Source: Escherichia coli
GTDB taxonomy: Bacteria > Pseudomonadota > Gammaproteobacteria > Enterobacterales > Enterobacteriaceae
Reading direction: 5' to 3' (one strand)
NCBI RefSeq assembly: GCF_050920415.1
Contig: NZ_CP169309.1
DNA length: 64,000 nucleotides
Part shown: positions 55,996 to 64,000 of the stretch, piece by piece
Layout: each line of letters starts with the position of its first letter
Numbering within the stretch: the stretch's first letter is position 1
Program-made: the position numbers and the translations under genes
Notes under the pieces: generated by a model
Told to the model about the DNA's origin: nothing
Seen by the model: the letters and a program-made list of their open reading frames with translations, nothing else
The model's database searches: none

Positions 55996-58900
55996 ATGGC
56001 GACATTACGTGAGCTGATTATTAAAATCTCGGCAAATTCCCGGTCATTCCAGTCAGAGATCTCCCGGGCTTCGCGTATGGGGCAGGATTACTACCGTACC
56101 ATGCAGAACGGAGGCCGGCAGTCCGCTGCTGCATCCCGTGAAATGCGGCGTGCACTGGCAGAAGTGACGGATCAGATAAATACAGCTAAATCTTCGGCAC
56201 TGAATATGGCGGGGGCATTTGCCGGGGCTTTTGCTACCGGTCATCTTATTTCTCTCGCCGATGAGTGGAATTCAGTAAATGCCCGTCTGAAGCAGGCCTC
56301 ACAGTCCACTGATGATTTTCAGGTATCACAACGTGAATTAATGGCAATCAGCCAGAGAACGGGAACGGCGTTTTCTGATAACGCCAGCCTTTTTGCCCGC
56401 TCTGCAGCTTCCATGCGGGAGTATGGCTACAGTTCTGAGGAGGTACTGAAAGTCACCGAGGCTATCTCCACGGGCCTGAAATTATCCGGTGCCAGTGCAG
56501 CAGAAGCCAGTTCGGTGATCACGCAGTTCAGTCAGGCACTGGCGCAGGGAGTGCTGCGCGGTGAAGAATTTAACTCTGTGAATGAGAACGGCGATCGTGT
56601 TATTCGTGCGCTGGCTGCGGGAATGGGTGTTGCCCGTAAGGATCTGAAGGCCATGGCGGATAACGGAAAGTTGACCGCCGATAAGGTTGTTCCTGCACTG
56701 ATTAGTCAGCTTGGGGCGTTGCGTGATGAATATGCAGCAATGCCTGATACGGTTTCATCCTCTGCAACCAAAGTTGAAAACGCCTTTATGGCCTGGGTTG
56801 GTGGTGCGAACGAAGCAAGCGGAGTGACGAAGACGCTCTCCGGTGTGCTGAATGGTATTGCAGGCAATATTGACACTGTGGCAACCGCTGCCGGTGCTCT
56901 GGTTGCCGTCGGGGTAGCCCGATATTTTGGCAATATGGCATCTTCTGCTGGATCTGCAACTGCCGGATTAATTACTGCAGCCAGAAACGAAGTAGCTCTT
57001 GCGGAAGCGCAGCTCCGGGGGACGCAGATAGCAACCGCCAGGGCGCGTGCGGCGGTTTATCGTGCGCAACAGGCGGTCGCGGCTACCCGTGGTACTGAAA
57101 GACAGGCAGCCGCAGAAGCGAAACTGGCTGCTGCCCAGGCATCACTTACCCGTAATATTGCGGCCAGAACAGCAGCACAGACAACGCTGAATACTGTCAC
57201 GTCAGTGGGGAGTCGTTTATTAAGTGGTGCGCTGGGGCTGGTTGGTGGTGTGCCGGGACTCGTCATGCTGGGGGCGACGGCCTGGTACACGATGTATCAG
57301 AATCAGGAGCAGGCCAGAGAATCTGCACGCCAGTATGCCGCAACAATCGACGAAATTCGCCAGAAAACGTCGGCAATGTCGCTTCCTGAAGCGTCAGATA
57401 ATGAGGAAAAGACGCGGCAGGCACTGGAGGAACAAAATCGCCTGATTAACGAACAGGAAGGAAAAATTCGCGGACTGAAAAATCAAATTGCTGATTATCA
57501 ACGTTGGCTTGATGAAAGTTCGCAGAGTGGTTCTGGTGCTGAAATCATCCTTAAAGGGCTTGCAGAAGCAACAAATCAACTGGCAGTTGAACAGTCCCGT
57601 CTCACACAAATGCAGGGCAAAGCGCAATCCATTCAGGATGTGCTTGCCGGGCTGGAGGAGCGACGAGTGGCGTTGATCCGTCAACAGGCAGCGGAACAAA
57701 ACAAAGCGTATCAGTCCCTGTTGATCATGAATGGGAAGCATACCGAGTTTAATCGCCTTCTCGGGCTTGGTAATGAATTACTTCAGCAGCGACAGGGGCT
57801 GGTGAATGTACCGTTACGGCTACCACAGGCAACTCTGGATGATAAACAGCAGACCGCACTGAATAACAGCAAGCGCGAACTGGCTCTGTCCCGCCTTAAG
57901 GGGGAAGCGCGTGAGCGTGCCCGACTGGGCTATGCTGCGGATGATCTCGGCTTTGTGGGAGAGGCGTATCGGACAGCCAGACAGAATTATATCAATAACT
58001 CACTGGATGCCTGGCGAAATAACCAGGCAAATAAACCCAAAGCGCATAAAAAGACCGAAGCGGAAAAAACAGAAGATATTTATAAACGGCTGATTAAACA
58101 GCAAAAAGAACAGATAGCACTGGCAGGGCAGAATACTGAACTGGCTAAGATGAAATATCAGGTCAGTCAGGGCGAATTATCAACCCTGTCAGAAGCGCAG
58201 AAAAAAACGCTTTTGCAGAATGCAGCACTCATCGACCAGAAAAAGATTCGTGAGCAGCTTGCCGCGTATGAAAGCAGTCTGGCGGACAGTAATGCCAGTG
58301 CCCGGGCATCTGACGACGCGCAGTTGCTGGGATATGGTGAAGGCTCACGGATGCGTGAACGACTCCAGGAAATGTGGAGTATCCGGCATGAGTTTGAGCA
58401 GAAAAATAACGAGCTGCTGAGACAGTATCAGGCCGGAGAAATTGAAGAAGCCCTGTGGAAACAGGAGAAAGAACTGAATAAAAAATATCTGGAAGAGCGT
58501 CTCAGCGATCAGCAGGATTATTATGCAAAGGCCGATGCTTTACGTAATAACTGGAATGCCGGACTCCAGGAGGGACTGACCAACTGGGCAGACAGTGCCA
58601 CCGATTATGCTTCACAGGCGGCAGATGCTGTTGTTTCCACGATGGACGGGCTGGTATCAAATATTTCCGATGCACTGGCCGGGAATGTTGTGGAGTGGAG
58701 GAACTGGGGGAGTTCAGTTCTCCGGGAAGTTTCAAAAATTCTGATGAATGCGGCCATTGTTAACGGACTGAAGTCACTCTCCGGTGCCGGAGGGTGGCTT
58801 GGTACGGTCGGCGGATGGATTTCGGGGGCGGTGGCAAACGCAAAAGGTGGTGTTTACACATCGGCAAATCTGAGTGCTTACAGTAACACTATTGTGGATA

Positions 58901-59196
58901 CACCGACGTATTTTGCTTTTGCGAAAGGTGCCGGGCTGATGGGCGAGGCCGGGCCTGAAGCTATCATGCCACTGACACGGGCAGCGGACGGCTCTCTTGG
59001 GGTCAGGGCCATTGGCAATGTGAATGGTGGCGGTGGATTTGTTTATTCTCCCGTGTATCACATTAGCATTCAGAATCAAGGGAGCAATGGCGAGATAGAT
59101 ACGCGCTCAGCCAGGGGACTGGTGGATCTGATCGACAGCAGGGTTGTGTCAATTATGCAGTCATCGCGTCGGGATGGAGGATTATACAGTGCCTGA
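55996..59196 (+). CDS. Tail tape measure protein
   Basis: 1066 aa, alpha-helical, Ala/Gln-rich repeats; conserved position. Confidence 0.9.
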   Translation: MATLRELIIKISANSRSFQSEISRASRMGQDYYRTMQNGGRQSAAASREMRRALAEVTDQINTAKSSALNMAGAFAGAFATGHLISLADEWNSVNARLKQASQSTDDFQVSQRELMAISQRTGTAFSDNASLFARSAASMREYGYSSEEVLKVTEAISTGLKLSGASAAEASSVITQFSQALAQGVLRGEEFNSVNENGDRVIRALAAGMGVARKDLKAMADNGKLTADKVVPALISQLGALRDEYAAMPDTVSSSATKVENAFMAWVGGANEASGVTKTLSGVLNGIAGNIDTVATAAGALVAVGVARYFGNMASSAGSATAGLITAARNEVALAEAQLRGTQIATARARAAVYRAQQAVAATRGTERQAAAEAKLAAAQASLTRNIAARTAAQTTLNTVTSVGSRLLSGALGLVGGVPGLVMLGATAWYTMYQNQEQARESARQYAATIDEIRQKTSAMSLPEASDNEEKTRQALEEQNRLINEQEGKIRGLKNQIADYQRWLDESSQSGSGAEIILKGLAEATNQLAVEQSRLTQMQGKAQSIQDVLAGLEERRVALIRQQAAEQNKAYQSLLIMNGKHTEFNRLLGLGNELLQQRQGLVNVPLRLPQATLDDKQQTALNNSKRELALSRLKGEARERARLGYAADDLGFVGEAYRTARQNYINNSLDAWRNNQANKPKAHKKTEAEKTEDIYKRLIKQQKEQIALAGQNTELAKMKYQVSQGELSTLSEAQKKTLLQNAALIDQKKIREQLAAYESSLADSNASARASDDAQLLGYGEGSRMRERLQEMWSIRHEFEQKNNELLRQYQAGEIEEALWKQEKELNKKYLEERLSDQQDYYAKADALRNNWNAGLQEGLTNWADSATDYASQAADAVVSTMDGLVSNISDALAGNVVEWRNWGSSVLREVSKILMNAAIVNGLKSLSGAGGWLGTVGGWISGAVANAKGGVYTSANLSAYSNTIVDTPTYFAFAKGAGLMGEAGPEAIMPLTRAADGSLGVRAIGNVNGGGGFVYSPVYHISIQNQGSNGEIDTRSARGLVDLIDSRVVSIMQSSRRDGGLYSA

Positions 59197-59530
59197 GCCT
59201 GAAGTTTTTAACTGGATCCCCCGTGAGGGGATGGAGACGACACGAAAGCCATCAGTTATTACGGTAAAGTTTGGTGACGGATATGAACAGCGACGGGCTG
59301 GTGGGCTGAATGCGGATCTGAAAACGTTTAAACCGGTATTTCGTGTCACAGATGAATACTCCCGTGCCGCGCTGGACAGTTTTTTATCCCGTCATGCCGG
59401 GATTCGTGCTTTTTTGTGGCGCCCGCCAAAACACAACAGGACTGTCCGGGTTGTCTGCAGGGAGTGGAGCATTTCGGATAATGCCATGTATACCGATTTT
59501 AACTGTACCTTTGAAGAGGTCACTCACTGA
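59174..59530 (+). CDS. Minor tail protein M (lambda gpM-like)
   Basis: ...ITVKFGDGYEQRRAGGLNADLKTF...FLWRPP... similar to lambda M; alternative GTG start at 59189. Confidence 0.8.
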   Translation: MEDYTVPEPEVFNWIPREGMETTRKPSVITVKFGDGYEQRRAGGLNADLKTFKPVFRVTDEYSRAALDSFLSRHAGIRAFLWRPPKHNRTVRVVCREWSISDNAMYTDFNCTFEEVTH

Positions 59531-60228
59531 TGCAGGATATACAGCAGGAAACACTCAATGAGTGCACTAAAACGGAGCAATCCGCGCTGGTCGTGCTCTG
59601 GGAAATTGATCTGACAGAGGTCGGCGGAGATCGTTACTTTTTCTGCAATGAGCAGAACGAAAAAGGTGAACCAGTCACCTGGCAGGGGCGGCAGTATCAG
59701 GCCTATCCCATTCAGGGAAGTGGATTTGAGATGAACGGCAAAGGAGCCAGTGCAAGGCCAACGCTGAAAGTCTCTAATCTGCACGGCATGGTCACCGGGA
59801 TGGCGGAAGACCTGCAGAGTCTGGTCGGCGGAACGGTGGTCCGGCGTAAGGTTTACGCCCGTTTTCTGGATGCGGTGAACTTCGTCAACGGAAACAGTGA
59901 CGCCGATCCGGAGCAGGAGGTGATCAGCCGCTGGCGCATCGAGCAGTGCAGCGAACTGAGCGCGGTGAGTGCCTCCTTTGTACTGTCCACGCCGACGGAA
60001 ACGGATGGCGCTGTTTTTCCGGGACGTATCATGCTGGCCAACACCTGCACCTGGACCTATCGCGGTGATGAGTGCGGTTATCACGGTCCGGCAGTCGCGG
60101 ATGAATATGACCAGCTGACGTCCGATACCACGAAAGATAAATGCAGCAAATGCCTGAGTGGCTGTAAGTTTCGCAATAACGTCGGCAACTTTGGCGGCTT
60201 CCTTTCCATTAACAAACTTTCGCAGTAA
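59530..60228 (+). CDS. Minor tail protein L (lambda gpL-like)
   Basis: 232 aa, MQDIQQETLNECT...CSKCLSGCKFRNNVGNFGGFLSINKLSQ, near-identical to lambda L as recalled. Confidence 0.9.
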   Translation: MQDIQQETLNECTKTEQSALVVLWEIDLTEVGGDRYFFCNEQNEKGEPVTWQGRQYQAYPIQGSGFEMNGKGASARPTLKVSNLHGMVTGMAEDLQSLVGGTVVRRKVYARFLDAVNFVNGNSDADPEQEVISRWRIEQCSELSAVSASFVLSTPTETDGAVFPGRIMLANTCTWTYRGDECGYHGPAVADEYDQLTSDTTKDKCSKCLSGCKFRNNVGNFGGFLSINKLSQ

Positions 60229-60232
60229 ACCC

Positions 60233-60976
60233 ATGACAGAAACAGAATCAGCGATTCTGGCGCACGCCCGGCGATGTGCGCCAGCGGAGTCGTGCGGCTT
60301 CGTGGTGAGAGCGCCGGAGGGGGAAAGATATTTTCCCTGCATGAATATTTCCGGTGAGCCGGAGGGTTATTTCCGGATGTCGCCGGAAGACTGGCTGCAG
60401 GCAGAGATGCAGGGTGAGATTGTGGCGCTGGTCCACAGCCACCCCGGTGGTCTGCCCTGGCTGAGTGAGGCCGACCGGCGGCTGCAGGTGCAGAGTGATT
60501 TGCCGTGGTGGCTGGTCTGCCTGGGCGTGATTCACAAGTTCCGCTGTGTGCCGTATCTCACCGGGCGGCGCTTTGAGCACGGAGTGACGGACTGTTACAC
60601 GCTGTTCCGGGACGCTTACCATCTGGCGGGAATTGAGATGCCGGATTTTCATCGCGAGGATGACTGGTGGCGTCACGGTCAGAATCTCTATCTTGACAAT
60701 ATGGAGGCAACGGGTTTTTACCGTGTCGCACTGACAGAGGCGCAGCCGGGCGACGTGCTGCTGTGCAGCTTTGGTTCATCGGTGCCGAATCATGCTGCCA
60801 TTTACTGTGGCGACGGCGAGCTGCTGCACCATATTCCTGAACAACTGAGTAAACGAGAGAGGTACACCGACAAATGGCAGCGACGCACACACTCCCTCTG
60901 GCGTCACCGGGCATGGCACGCATCTGCCTTTACGGGGATTTGCAACGATTTGGCCGCCGCATCGACCTTCGTGTGA
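60233..60976 (+). CDS. Tail protein K (lambda gpK-like; JAB/MPN plus NlpC/P60 domains)
   Basis: MTETESAILAHARRCAPAESCGFVV...HSHPGG...; near-identical to lambda K as recalled. Confidence 0.9.
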   Translation: MTETESAILAHARRCAPAESCGFVVRAPEGERYFPCMNISGEPEGYFRMSPEDWLQAEMQGEIVALVHSHPGGLPWLSEADRRLQVQSDLPWWLVCLGVIHKFRCVPYLTGRRFEHGVTDCYTLFRDAYHLAGIEMPDFHREDDWWRHGQNLYLDNMEATGFYRVALTEAQPGDVLLCSFGSSVPNHAAIYCGDGELLHHIPEQLSKRERYTDKWQRRTHSLWRHRAWHASAFTGICNDLAAASTFV

Positions 60977-61521
60977 AAACGGGGGCTGAAGCCATCCGGG
61001 CGCTGGCCACACAGCTCCCGGCGTTTCGTCAGAAACTGAGCGATGGCTGGTATCAGATACGGATTGCCGGGCGTGATACAGGTGAAAACGAATTATCAGC
61101 CCGTCTGAATGAGCCGCTGGAAAATGGTGCCGTGATCCACATCGTACCGCGTCTGGCGGGTGCTAAAAGTGGCGGTATTTTTCAGGCAGTGCTGGGGGCG
61201 GCGTTGATTGCGGTTGCATGGTGGAACCCTGTGGGCTGGCTGGGGGCCGCGGCTGTATCGGGTATGTATGCGGCAGGGGCCAGTATGATCCTGGGCGGTG
61301 TTGCACAGATGCTGGCCCCCAAACCCAGAACCCCCCGAACACAGACAACGGATAACGGTAAGCAGAACACCTATTTCTCCTCACTGGATAACATGGTTGC
61401 CCAGGGCAATGTTCTGCCTGTTCTGTACGGTGAAATGCGCGTGGGGTCACGCGTGGTTTCTCAGGAGATCAGCACGGCAGACGAAGGGGACGGTGGTCAG
61501 GTTGTGGTGATTGGTCGCTGA
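60874..61521 (+). CDS. Tail assembly protein I (lambda gpI-like)
   Basis: MAATHTLPLASPGMARICLYGDLQRFGRRIDLRVKTGAEAIRALATQ...; overlaps the K 3' end as in lambda. Confidence 0.9.
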   Translation: MAATHTLPLASPGMARICLYGDLQRFGRRIDLRVKTGAEAIRALATQLPAFRQKLSDGWYQIRIAGRDTGENELSARLNEPLENGAVIHIVPRLAGAKSGGIFQAVLGAALIAVAWWNPVGWLGAAAVSGMYAAGASMILGGVAQMLAPKPRTPRTQTTDNGKQNTYFSSLDNMVAQGNVLPVLYGEMRVGSRVVSQEISTADEGDGGQVVVIGR

Positions 61522-61578
61522 TGCAAAATGTTTTATGTGAAACCGCCTGCGGGCGGTTTTATCGTTTATGGAGCGTGA

Positions 61579-64000
<2,422 letters not shown>

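Noticed and set aside
59524-60342. 272-aa minus-strand ORF overlapping tail genes L and K
   Set aside because: Antisense to two lambda-like tail genes; no RBS or domain; shadow ORF.

Overview
This window is an Escherichia coli-type chromosomal segment followed by the left ~35 kb of a lambdoid prophage. The chromosomal part (1-29.26 kb) holds the 3' part of otsA, uspC, the flhDC master operon, the complete motAB-cheAW / tar-tap-cheRBYZ / flhBAE flagellar-chemotaxis region, then yecT, argS, yecM, cutC, torYZ, cmoBA, yecN and a yecE that has lost its 5' end. The prophage starts at about 29.26 kb with an integrase abutting the disrupted yecE and runs past the window end. It carries int/xis, an AT-rich early-left operon of small unknown genes, a promoter-equipped XRE-HTH plus small-protein cassette next to cI, cI/cro, an antirepressor, a Lar-like gene, tandem Rha-like paralogs, O-like/DnaC-like/DnaB-like replication genes, a QuuD-like antiterminator, a reverse-strand 395-aa moron with a DUF4236-like N-terminus, a holin/SAR-endolysin/Rz-Rz1 lysis cassette, HNH plus terminase, HK97-type head genes, a low-GC lipoprotein moron, tape measure and lambda-like M-L-K-I-J tail genes (J cut by the window end). 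No rRNA, tRNA, CRISPR array, IS element or stx genes were recognised. The two best candidates for an undescribed function are the reverse-strand DUF4236-like gene in the Q-to-lysis slot and the cI-adjacent XRE/small-protein operon. All protein identifications are from reading the translations and from memory of the families; no database search was run.
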